From an uncultured virus (IMG/VR IMGVR_UViG_3300042880_000331) (taxonomy: Duplodnaviria > Heunggongvirae > Uroviricota > Caudoviricetes), in IMG/VR virus record IMGVR_UViG_3300042880_000331: a stretch of 64,000 bases of DNA. One strand, given 5' to 3'. The position numbers were made by a program, and so were the translations under genes. Shown here piece after piece: positions 17,456 to 25,795 of the stretch (position 1 is its first letter; each line of letters begins with the position of its first letter). The notes beneath the pieces are model-generated. The model saw only the letters and a list, made by a program, of their open reading frames with translations, was not told where the DNA came from and ran no database searches.

Positions 17456-19341
17456 TGCAGATTATTGACAGAGACTATCAGGTTGAGGCTGTCAAGTCCT
17501 TGTGGGACTACTTCCGGGTGAACTCGGGAAACCCTGTTGTTGCTATGCCCACGGGCACGGGGAAGTCCATTGTGATTGCTCGGTTCCTGCAATCGGTCTA
17601 CGCATACTATCCGAACCAGAAGGTGATGATCCTTACCCATGTCAAGGAGCTTATCCAGCAGAACTATGAGAAGCTGATGATGGTTTGGCAGTTCGCGCCC
17701 GCTGGTATCTATAGCGCGGGCTTGAACCAGAAGGTCCACAACCGTCAGATCACCTTCGCGGGCATTGCGTCCGTCGCAAAGAAACCATCGCTGTTCGGGC
17801 ACATAGACCTTGTCCTAATTGACGAGGCGCATCTGGTAAGCCCCAGCGAAGCAACCATGTATCAGGCCTTCATAGGCGCCTTGCGTGCAATGAATCCCTT
17901 CCTAAAGGTGATCGGGTTGACTGCAACCCCTTGGCGCTTGGGGCATGGGCACATCACCGAACCTGTGGTTAACTCAAACGGATCGGAAACCCCAAGCATC
18001 TTCACCGACGTATGTTTCGACATCACCAGTGTGCTGCCATTCAACCGTCTGATCAGCGAAGGCTATCTTGTGCCGCTCGTGCCTAGGCGGACCGTTGTTA
18101 AATTAGATGTCGATAATGTTCATATGCGAGGCGGGGAATACATAGAAAGTGAACTCCAGCAAGCGGTCGACAAAGACGAAACAACCATGGCGGCGCTTCG
18201 AGAAGCGATGGAGCTTGGGCATGACCGTCGCAAGTGGCTGATCTTTGCATCCGGGACGGACCATGCTGACCACATTGCTGACATGCTGAACATGCTCGGG
18301 ATTGAAACGGGTTGCGTCCATAGCAAACGGGAAGGACGCGACAGCGCCATTGCGGACTTCAAGGCGGGCAAGCTGCGAGCACTGGTGAACAATAACGTCC
18401 TGACAACCGGATTTGACGAACCGGAGATCGACATGATTGTGGTGCTGCGCCCAACTGCTTCCGCCGTGCTATGGGTGCAGATGCTTGGCAGAGGGACACG
18501 CCCGTTCTATGTCAATCCAATGATTGGGCACAACGGCGGGCCAACCTTTGACCTTAACACAACAGAAGGCCGCCTGGCGTGCATTGCAGCAAGCCCGAAG
18601 CAGAACTGCCTAGTGCTGGACTACGCTCAGAACACGAAGCGTCTTGGGCCAGTCAACGACCCTGTAATTCCGAAGCGTAAGGGTGAAAAAGGCGGGGAAG
18701 CACCTGTCAAAGAGTGTCCGGTCTGCCACTGCTACTGCCACACGAGCGTCCGCATCTGTGAGGGGTTGCTCAGCAGCGGTGACACCTGCGGGCATGAGTT
18801 TAAGTTCGAGAACAAGCTAAAAGACCAAGCGGGTTCCGACCAGCTTATCCGGGGTGACTTCCCTGTGATGGAAATCTTTGCGGTTGACCATGTGGTTGCG
18901 AAGAAGCATATCAAGATAGGCAGTCCCCCGATGGTTAAGCTGTCCTATTATTGCGGCCGGCGTATCTTTAGCGAATACGTCTGCCCCGAGCATGATAAAT
19001 ATGCCTTGCGGCGTGCTCAGCTATGGTGGAAAGAACGAAGCAGGGATCCCGTCCCAACATCGACAGATGTTCTACTTGGACTGCTTAAGACCTTGCCAGT
19101 TGCGACACACTTGCGGGTCTGGACGAATAAGCAGTATCCTGAGATTATGGCCACATGCCTGGACGGGACCGCATTCGGCGCAACTGAGCGCTCGGACTAT
19201 GACGAAGGTCCAAGCATTGAACTAGAGATTGATCGTTCCCCGATTGCAGGTTATGTCGCAAGCCTTAAGGGGCCAACAGACTCCAGCTTACCGATTGTGA
19301 ACGACTACCAAGTTATTGACGACGATGACATTCCGTTCTGA
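17455..19341 (+). CDS. SF2 DNA helicase (RadD/YejH-like) with Zn finger
   Basis: PTGTGKS, DEAH, GLTATP, QMLGRGTR, CPVC...C..C. Confidence 0.9.
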   Translation: MQIIDRDYQVEAVKSLWDYFRVNSGNPVVAMPTGTGKSIVIARFLQSVYAYYPNQKVMILTHVKELIQQNYEKLMMVWQFAPAGIYSAGLNQKVHNRQITFAGIASVAKKPSLFGHIDLVLIDEAHLVSPSEATMYQAFIGALRAMNPFLKVIGLTATPWRLGHGHITEPVVNSNGSETPSIFTDVCFDITSVLPFNRLISEGYLVPLVPRRTVVKLDVDNVHMRGGEYIESELQQAVDKDETTMAALREAMELGHDRRKWLIFASGTDHADHIADMLNMLGIETGCVHSKREGRDSAIADFKAGKLRALVNNNVLTTGFDEPEIDMIVVLRPTASAVLWVQMLGRGTRPFYVNPMIGHNGGPTFDLNTTEGRLACIAASPKQNCLVLDYAQNTKRLGPVNDPVIPKRKGEKGGEAPVKECPVCHCYCHTSVRICEGLLSSGDTCGHEFKFENKLKDQAGSDQLIRGDFPVMEIFAVDHVVAKKHIKIGSPPMVKLSYYCGRRIFSEYVCPEHDKYALRRAQLWWKERSRDPVPTSTDVLLGLLKTLPVATHLRVWTNKQYPEIMATCLDGTAFGATERSDYDEGPSIELEIDRSPIAGYVASLKGPTDSSLPIVNDYQVIDDDDIPF

Positions 19342-19350
19342 ATTTAGCTG

Positions 19351-19379
19351 TTGCACTCTTGGCGGGGTTGTGCTAGGTT
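19351..19379 (+). promoter_or_regulatory. Promoter
   Basis: TTGCAC-N17-TAGGTT with TG extension. Confidence 0.6.
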
Positions 19380-19403
19380 AGTTCAGTCACAAGGAGAACT
19401 GAC

Positions 19404-19601
19404 ATGCGAGTTATAAGCGTTAAGACTGAAATCGAGTTTAACCTTAGCTGGGCAGAACAGAACACAGCTCTGTTCACTGGTGCGATCAATGACATTGCAA
19501 AGGAATATTCTTACCTTGAATATAAACACAGTATTGATTTTTCCCGTAAGGGCTTTGTCACAATCACTTGCACCCGGAGGGCAGATGCGCGTCGCATTTG
19601 A
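19404..19601 (+). CDS. Hypothetical protein
   Basis: AAGGAG RBS. Confidence 0.55.
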   Translation: MRVISVKTEIEFNLSWAEQNTALFTGAINDIAKEYSYLEYKHSIDFSRKGFVTITCTRRADARRI

Positions 19602-20328
19602 CATGACCCATTATAGGATCGTCGGACTGCACTGGTTCCAGGACATACTTCACAGCCTTGTCTACCTTGAATGTGGTAACGTGAAGGACGTTCTGTTTGC
19701 AGATACGGAAAGCCCTTACTTCCTGGCGGGGTTGAAACCCTTACAGATGCAACACCTGTTCAACAACATCACAGGTGAAACCAAGAACCTGACGTTTGAC
19801 GAAGCACGAGCGGCGGTGCTGGTCGCGGTTGAAACGATGAAGCCTATGCTCGTAGACGACCAGGAACTTGACAAACAGATTGCAGCAGTCGAGAAGCAAC
19901 TGGAAGGCAAGCCCGGTGAAATACCCTTCTTCCGATATGCCCTTGGTGGCAGGGTGCCAAAGGTTGCGGACAGCCAATTTATTCGGACCGTGGTGCGGGA
20001 TGACAAACAACGCTATGCCGCTATAACGGCCGCGCAGCGCCTGCAACCGTTGCCAGCGGTGTTACCCTATACACCCCGCCCCGCTGGCACTGTGGGGCAA
20101 AAAACAGGGGTTCCCCGTGCTACTGGTGCTGAGCCCACCGGGGGCGTTGCGGGTCAGGTATGGGAAACCGCGGATGCCATGTGGAAAGCTGCGGGAAGCC
20201 CAAAAGATGTGAAAGTTGTCCTTGCACTTCGCATGGAGATGATGAAGGTTCTGGAAACAGAACACGACGTAAAACGCACCACGTCGTCGAACACTTTAGG
20301 GCAATGGATGAAAGCCAGATTGTCCTAA
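19585..20328 (+). CDS. Hypothetical protein, paralogous C-terminal domain
   Basis: GGAGG RBS; GGVAGQVWETAD...NTLGQWMK. Confidence 0.65.
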   Translation: MRVAFDMTHYRIVGLHWFQDILHSLVYLECGNVKDVLFADTESPYFLAGLKPLQMQHLFNNITGETKNLTFDEARAAVLVAVETMKPMLVDDQELDKQIAAVEKQLEGKPGEIPFFRYALGGRVPKVADSQFIRTVVRDDKQRYAAITAAQRLQPLPAVLPYTPRPAGTVGQKTGVPRATGAEPTGGVAGQVWETADAMWKAAGSPKDVKVVLALRMEMMKVLETEHDVKRTTSSNTLGQWMKARLS

Positions 20329-20346
20329 GTTTTCTTAAATTCCCCC

Positions 20347-20376
20347 TTGCGTAACTGTGGGGAGGAATGCTACGGT
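20347..20376 (+). promoter_or_regulatory. Promoter
   Basis: TTGCGT-N18-TACGGT with TG extension. Confidence 0.45.
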
Positions 20377-20423
20377 GCAGAACCGCCACCTATAATGGGG
20401 GGCCCACACAGAAGGAACTGGAA

Positions 20424-21074
20424 ATGAAACGACTGTTGATGTTCGCATCCATGCCGCTGGCCGGCGTTTGCTTTGCTCCCTCCGATGAAACCGGCGCCGG
20501 TGTGCTGCCCGATGCTGTTCCCGACGCACCGCCTGCCCAGGTGGACCCGGCGGTCGCTGCCGCGCAGAAGGCTGAAGCCGCTGCCGCTGCAAAGGCGCTG
20601 AAGGAAACGCAGAAGGCTGAAGCCAAGGCCAAGCGCGACGCTGACGCTGCTGAGAAGAAGGCTGCGAAGGAAAAGGCCGCTGCCGACGCGAAGGCTGCCA
20701 AGGACAAGGAAAAGGCCGACAAGGAAGCTGCCAAGGTTGCTGCGAAGGCCGACGCTGAGAAGGCGAAGGAAGCCAGCAAGATGCCCGAGCAGAACGGCGT
20801 CCGGCGTCCGAAGCCCGACACCCTGTGTGGCAAGGCCTGGGCCATCTTTGACCAAGTCTCTGCCAAGAACCAGGCGACCGCGTCCATTGGTGAATCCATG
20901 GAAGCTGCACGCACCCAGGGCCTGAACGAAGCGAACGTCCGTGCTGAATACGCCCGGTGGCGCAAGTTCTACGGTGTGACAGGCCGTGTTGCTGCGCCGA
21001 AGCCGGCTGAAGTTCCGCCCGCTCCGCCTGCTCCGGAAGTTTCTACAACCCCGGAAACCGTTCCCGCCGAATAG
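20424..21074 (+). CDS. Ala/Lys-rich protein with conserved C-terminal domain
   Basis: AAGGA RBS; KA-rich repeats; PEQNGVRRPKPDTLCGKAW...EYARWRKF. Confidence 0.7.
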   Translation: MKRLLMFASMPLAGVCFAPSDETGAGVLPDAVPDAPPAQVDPAVAAAQKAEAAAAAKALKETQKAEAKAKRDADAAEKKAAKEKAAADAKAAKDKEKADKEAAKVAAKADAEKAKEASKMPEQNGVRRPKPDTLCGKAWAIFDQVSAKNQATASIGESMEAARTQGLNEANVRAEYARWRKFYGVTGRVAAPKPAEVPPAPPAPEVSTTPETVPAE

Positions 21075-21101
21075 GCTGGAACAACTATCCCCCGCAACCT
21101 C

Positions 21102-21127
21102 CTAGGGGTGCAACCCTGCACCCCTAG
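21102..21127 (+). other. Perfect 11-bp hairpin upstream of queE
   Basis: CTAGGGGTGCA-ACCC-TGCACCCCTAG; no U-tract. Confidence 0.55.
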
Positions 21128-21144
21128 AAACCTCCGGAGGGCTC

Positions 21145-21861
21145 ATGCAGCTCAACAAACAACCAATCGAAAAACGTGTCTCCCGGGCTGATGGTTGCCT
21201 GGAAGTGCATAGCAGCTTCTACACCATCCAAGGTGAAGGCCCGTTCTGCGGAACCCCTTCCATGTTCGTGCGCCTTGCGGGCTGCAACCTCCAGTGTCCG
21301 TTCTGTGACACGGAATACAGCGACAAGCGAACCCTGCTTGACCCTTACGAGATCCTGGCGCACATTGCTGACGCGATGCCCAAGCCCGGACTTGTGGTCA
21401 TTACAGGCGGTGAACCTTTCCGCCAGAACCTGACCCCGCTGTTGGAGCTACTAACGGCCCGGGGTTACTACGTCCAGATCGAAACGAATGGGACGTTGGA
21501 ACCATCCACTTTCATTTATTCTTGGGACATCAGCAAGAGGCAGGGTGCCTACATCGTTTGCAGCCCCAAGACGGGCAAGGTGCATCCGTTTGTCTGGGCC
21601 CAAGCGTGCTGCGCCAAGTACGTGATGGACGCTGAGGAAGTTGGGTATGACGGTCTGCCCGTGACCGCACTGGGACACACCGCGAACCCGCGTCTTGCCC
21701 GACCGCCTATCCTGTGGCCCAACCACATGATCTATCTGCAACCCATGGACGCGCAGGATTACGAAGAGAACCAGCGCAACATCCAGGCGGTTCGCGAGTC
21801 GTGCATGGAGCACGGTTACATCCTGCAACTGCAAATCCACAAGCTGATTGGAGTAGAATGA
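21145..21861 (+). CDS. queE: 7-carboxy-7-deazaguanine synthase (radical SAM)
   Basis: FYTIQGEG, FVRLAGCNLQCPFCDT, VITGGEP, IETNG, CSPK, LQP, QIHK. Confidence 0.95.
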   Translation: MQLNKQPIEKRVSRADGCLEVHSSFYTIQGEGPFCGTPSMFVRLAGCNLQCPFCDTEYSDKRTLLDPYEILAHIADAMPKPGLVVITGGEPFRQNLTPLLELLTARGYYVQIETNGTLEPSTFIYSWDISKRQGAYIVCSPKTGKVHPFVWAQACCAKYVMDAEEVGYDGLPVTALGHTANPRLARPPILWPNHMIYLQPMDAQDYEENQRNIQAVRESCMEHGYILQLQIHKLIGVE

Positions 21862-22640
21862 TGAAGAAAGCACTTGTCGTCCTTTCTGGAGGGCAGGACT
21901 CAACGACCTGTCTTTTCTGGGCGTTGCAGTTCTATGACGAGGTCCATGCGATCACGTTCGACTACGGGCAGCGGCACCGGATTGAGATCCAGGCTGCAAT
22001 GCGGGTTGCTCGGATGGCTGGGGTTATTGATCGGCACGAAATCTGCACGGTTGGCGACCTTCTTGACAGCACCAGCCCGCTGACCAGCGGAAACGAGCTG
22101 GAGCAATACACCGACCCGGAACAAATGGAAGCGGTGATCGGCGACCGCCGCGAGAAGACGTTTGTCCCCATGCGTAACGCCCTGTTCCTGACCATCGCTG
22201 CCAACCGCGCGGAGGCGCATGGAATCACGGACATCATTACCGGCGTCTGTCAGATGGACAATGCGAATTACGACGACTGCCGGGAGGTGTTTATCCGGGC
22301 GACCGAAGCCTACATCAACACGGCGCTCGGGCATGACCACAGAGGCACGCCCGCCATCCGGATTGTGACCCCGCTGATGCACGCGACCAAGGAACAGACG
22401 GTTCACATCGCGTTTGCGAATCAGAAGTGCTGGGAAGCGTTGGCCTACAGCCACACCAGCTACGACGGCAAGTATCCGCCAACCGACATGAACCATGCCA
22501 ACGTCCTGCGGGCTGACGGATTCGCTAAAGCTGGGCGACCCGACCCGCTTGTGGTGCGGGCGTGGCGGGAGGGTTTGATGGAGCTTCCGCTGACCGACAA
22601 CTACAGTCCCGCGTCAATGCGCGACGCCAGGTTCGGTTGA
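21858..22640 (+). CDS. queC: 7-cyano-7-deazaguanine (preQ0) synthase
   Basis: LSGGQDSTT, FDYGQRH, FVPMRN, YDDCR, TPLM. Confidence 0.93.
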   Translation: MMKKALVVLSGGQDSTTCLFWALQFYDEVHAITFDYGQRHRIEIQAAMRVARMAGVIDRHEICTVGDLLDSTSPLTSGNELEQYTDPEQMEAVIGDRREKTFVPMRNALFLTIAANRAEAHGITDIITGVCQMDNANYDDCREVFIRATEAYINTALGHDHRGTPAIRIVTPLMHATKEQTVHIAFANQKCWEALAYSHTSYDGKYPPTDMNHANVLRADGFAKAGRPDPLVVRAWREGLMELPLTDNYSPASMRDARFG

Positions 22641-22652
22641 GCGGAGTAACCC

Positions 22653-23660
22653 ATGGAACAAGGTGCGGGCAACCAGCTGACCGACGCAGCCGGTGTGAAA
22701 TGGATGGACATGCTGAGCGGGATATTGAACTGCTCGCTCGGGCATGGTTCTTCCGTTGTATCAGAAGCACTTTGCGAGGTCGCAAATAGCGGCCTCGTTA
22801 ACAGCTATGACAGGACAACCCTTAACGCGCAAGCGTTGATGTCCCTTCTTGGAGAATACGACAACCGATACACCTGGAAGCTACTGAATACGGGCGCTGA
22901 AGCGGTTGAGCGGGCGGTGCAACTGTGGGCAGCGGTGGTTGGCGGTCGCCCTGTAGTCGCAGTCCTCAAGGACAGCTTCCACGGGAAGAGCATCACCATG
23001 TCCGGCATCCGGTATAACGTTCCATGGGGCAACCCGTTTGACGTTCTTACCATTGACCCGGATGGGGTCGTGCCCCATTTCGACATGCTGTTCTTTGAAC
23101 CCGTCAAGGGGTGGAACGGTGAGCGTCCAGACGAGGAAAAGCTTCTGGCGTTGTGCAATGAACGGTCTGCCATACTGGTGGCCGACGAGATGATTACAGG
23201 CTTCGGGCGGTGTGGTCAACGCTTCCTGAGTAAGCACGCGGACATGATTATTTCCGGGAAGGGTCTGGCGCAAGGAGTTCCGCTTGCGGTCCTGGGCGCA
23301 CGGCACGCAATCAGCCCAGCGAAGTTTGCCATCGGGTGGAACACAACCTGTGGCGGGAACAACCTGTCAGCGACGGTGGGCCTGCATGTCCTGCGCCACC
23401 TGATGCAGCACGAAGGGGAATTGCGGAACAAGGCGGGATGGATAGAAGACCGCCTTGTGAGCATGGGTTTCAGCGCAACCGGGGCGCTAGGCTTTAAGAC
23501 CATGAAGCGCCCGCATTCAGAAATGCGACCCGTGTTCGAACAGAACCGTGTAATCGCATCCTGGCATGACCCATTCCTGCGGGTCGGTCCCTCCTTTGCA
23601 ACCGTAAAGCGGGACATGGACCACCTGGAAGCTGTTCTCAAACTGGCGGAGATGCGCTGA
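22653..23660 (+). CDS. Class-III PLP-dependent aminotransferase
   Basis: DMLSG..SLGH, NTGAEAVE, SFHG, EPVKG, DEMITGFGRCG, DMIISGKG (Lys203), TTCGGN. Confidence 0.9.
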   Translation: MEQGAGNQLTDAAGVKWMDMLSGILNCSLGHGSSVVSEALCEVANSGLVNSYDRTTLNAQALMSLLGEYDNRYTWKLLNTGAEAVERAVQLWAAVVGGRPVVAVLKDSFHGKSITMSGIRYNVPWGNPFDVLTIDPDGVVPHFDMLFFEPVKGWNGERPDEEKLLALCNERSAILVADEMITGFGRCGQRFLSKHADMIISGKGLAQGVPLAVLGARHAISPAKFAIGWNTTCGGNNLSATVGLHVLRHLMQHEGELRNKAGWIEDRLVSMGFSATGALGFKTMKRPHSEMRPVFEQNRVIASWHDPFLRVGPSFATVKRDMDHLEAVLKLAEMR

Positions 23661-24667
23661 TGGCTGTTATCGGAATTGACATTGACGGCACCCTGTCCAA
23701 GGGCGGGGAGTGGCAGGGTGGTGACTATATCCCTGCACCTAATGCGCTGATGGCAGCACTGGTGGCGGAGCTTGCGACACGGGGTCACCGCTTGTTCGCG
23801 TGGACCTGCCGCGCTGACTACGTTGTGTCCAAGTGGCTGGCGGAGCACAACCTCATTCAGTATTTCGAAGGGGTAAACTACTCGCCGTATCCCACCGAGA
23901 GTGGCAAGGCGAGCTTTGACTTCTACATCGGGGACGAGGCAATTCGCTGGGACGAAAACCCGGAGCGCATCCTGGAGCTGATCCACATCAACTCTGTTGG
24001 CAAAGGCCCCGCTGACTTTGACCGGGACCATTTCTTCAGCAGCCACAACCCAAGGCCATACCTTGCAGGGGTGGGCGTTGCGTATGTGGACCAGTTTGAA
24101 GGGCACTGGAAAGCAGCATGGACCCGGCACCAGCAGAGCGGGAAGACTATCGCGTTCCTGACCATCTGTTCCCATGCAAAACCTTACAGCAAGTCCTTCA
24201 TCCACACGTCTATCCGGGCAGCGTTGTTCCGGGACGGCTACCTTGGAGCGTGTGATTACATCCATATTTCAAACGCGGGAATTATTCCCGCGAGTGCGGA
24301 AATGGACTACCCTTTCAACGCCTACGATTGGAACGGTGACCTCTGCACTCCGGAGGTGAAGCAATACCACATCGAAGCAATCAAGCGCCGCTTCACTGAG
24401 TGGCTGCGGATAAAGGATTGCAGCTACGACCGCATCGTCGTTTATCTGCGCGAGGGTGGCAACACCATCGGAGCAGTCCGGGCAGCTCTACAGGAGTTTG
24501 AGTCCGGCGCGAGTCACCGCCCGTGGTCGACCAAAGTGACGGTCGTTGCTGCATCCGCAGACGAAGAACATTATCCGCAGTTTGTCCAGACCCGTGACCC
24601 GGACGACTGTCTCACCAGTGCAGGCAACCTGCATCATCTTACTGTTGCAATCAGAGGGCACAAATGA
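23660..24667 (+). CDS. HAD-phosphatase::ArcS (DUF5591)-like fusion
   Basis: N-terminal DIDGT, WTCR, K, IGDEA; C-terminal ICSHAKPYSKSFIH, GIIP..E..YP..YD as in archaeosine synthase ArcS. Confidence 0.8.
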   Translation: MAVIGIDIDGTLSKGGEWQGGDYIPAPNALMAALVAELATRGHRLFAWTCRADYVVSKWLAEHNLIQYFEGVNYSPYPTESGKASFDFYIGDEAIRWDENPERILELIHINSVGKGPADFDRDHFFSSHNPRPYLAGVGVAYVDQFEGHWKAAWTRHQQSGKTIAFLTICSHAKPYSKSFIHTSIRAALFRDGYLGACDYIHISNAGIIPASAEMDYPFNAYDWNGDLCTPEVKQYHIEAIKRRFTEWLRIKDCSYDRIVVYLREGGNTIGAVRAALQEFESGASHRPWSTKVTVVAASADEEHYPQFVQTRDPDDCLTSAGNLHHLTVAIRGHK

Positions 24668-25137
24668 CATACCGTTCCAGCAAAACCTACGGCCACGAGA
24701 TTGGTCTTTCGTGTTGCTTTCGCCAGTGGCGGGCCCAGAGCCATTGCCGCTTCCTGCATGGATACGCGCTGTCCGTGCATGTTGAGTTCGAAGCTACCGA
24801 GCTCGACCACCAGAATTGGGTTGTCGACTTTGGTTCGCTGAAGTCTTTCAAGGGCGCCCTGGAGGCCACGTTTGACCACAAGACGCTTGTTGCTAAGGAT
24901 GACCCTCAAATGATGGTTTTCCAAGAGCTTGTGGATCAAGGACTTGCTCAAGTTATGGTTGTTGCTGCTACAGGCTGCGAAGCATTTGCCAAGCTGATCT
25001 ACGACCACACGGGCTGGTGGCTGAAGAACAACGGATACGCTCCCCGCGTCCGGTGCCACCATGTCACAGTCCGGGAGCACGGGGCGAACAGCGCCAGTTT
25101 CTATGCACCCCTGAGCGTGGAAGGCATCGAGCAATGA
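24664..25137 (+). CDS. queD: 6-carboxy-5,6,7,8-tetrahydropterin synthase
   Basis: HCRFLHGY, WVVDFG, FDH, GCE.FA, VREHGANSA. Confidence 0.92.
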   Translation: MTYRSSKTYGHEIGLSCCFRQWRAQSHCRFLHGYALSVHVEFEATELDHQNWVVDFGSLKSFKGALEATFDHKTLVAKDDPQMMVFQELVDQGLAQVMVVAATGCEAFAKLIYDHTGWWLKNNGYAPRVRCHHVTVREHGANSASFYAPLSVEGIEQ

Positions 25138-25736
25138 CCCAGGACTTCAAGAGTGCGGCGCACATTGCCCGCCGTGAGAGAATGTCCAAAAGCATCCGCG
25201 ATCTGTTACTGGACATTGAAGACGTCCACATCCATGACAATCTGCGGGGTGGCTTGGTTGAAACCCCGGACAGGGTTGCCAAGGCATGGGAATTCTGGAC
25301 GTCGGGTTACGGGGTTGACCCCGCTGACGTGCTGAAGACGTTCGAAGACGGTGCGGAGGGTGTGGACGAGATGGTCTTGGTGAAAGACATCCCGTTCTAT
25401 TCCCAGTGCGAGCACCATTTGGCGCCGTTCTTTGGGACAGCAACTATCGCTTACATTCCGCAAGGGCGCGTCGTAGGGTTGAGCAAGCTGTCCCGCCTGC
25501 TGAACATATTCGCCCGCCGGTTGCAGGTGCAGGAGCGTCTGACCTGCCAAGTTGCGGATGCAATGATGGACCATCTTAATCCGCTGGGCTGCGGTGTGGT
25601 CATCAAGGCGCGACACCTTTGCATGGAGTCCCGGGGCGTCTGCCAGCAGGGGCACCACACTGTGACAAGCGCCTTGCGAGGTATGTTCAAAGATGACGCT
25701 ATCGTTCGAGCTGAATTTTTGCAGCTTGCACGCTAG
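25134..25736 (+). CDS. folE: GTP cyclohydrolase I
   Basis: ETPDRVAK, CEHHLAPF, GLSKLSR, RRLQVQERLT, HLCMESRG. Confidence 0.96.
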   Translation: MTQDFKSAAHIARRERMSKSIRDLLLDIEDVHIHDNLRGGLVETPDRVAKAWEFWTSGYGVDPADVLKTFEDGAEGVDEMVLVKDIPFYSQCEHHLAPFFGTATIAYIPQGRVVGLSKLSRLLNIFARRLQVQERLTCQVADAMMDHLNPLGCGVVIKARHLCMESRGVCQQGHHTVTSALRGMFKDDAIVRAEFLQLAR

Positions 25737-25754
25737 CCTGCCACCTGCTATACT
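25726..25754 (+). promoter_or_regulatory. Promoter for dpdA-clamp-polB
   Basis: TTGCAC-N17-TATACT with TG extension. Confidence 0.7.
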
Positions 25755-25758
25755 ACAT

Positions 25759-25784
25759 GGAGCGTCTTCGGACGCTTCCTTTTT
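25759..25784 (+). terminator. Intrinsic terminator
   Basis: GGAGCGTC-TTCG-GACGCTTCC followed by TTTTT. Confidence 0.65.
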
Positions 25785-25795
25785 CGAGGGAACTA

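Noticed and set aside
21075..21144. preQ1 riboswitch upstream of queE
   Set aside because: Only a simple 11-bp hairpin; no preQ1 aptamer consensus or A-rich pseudoknot tail recognised
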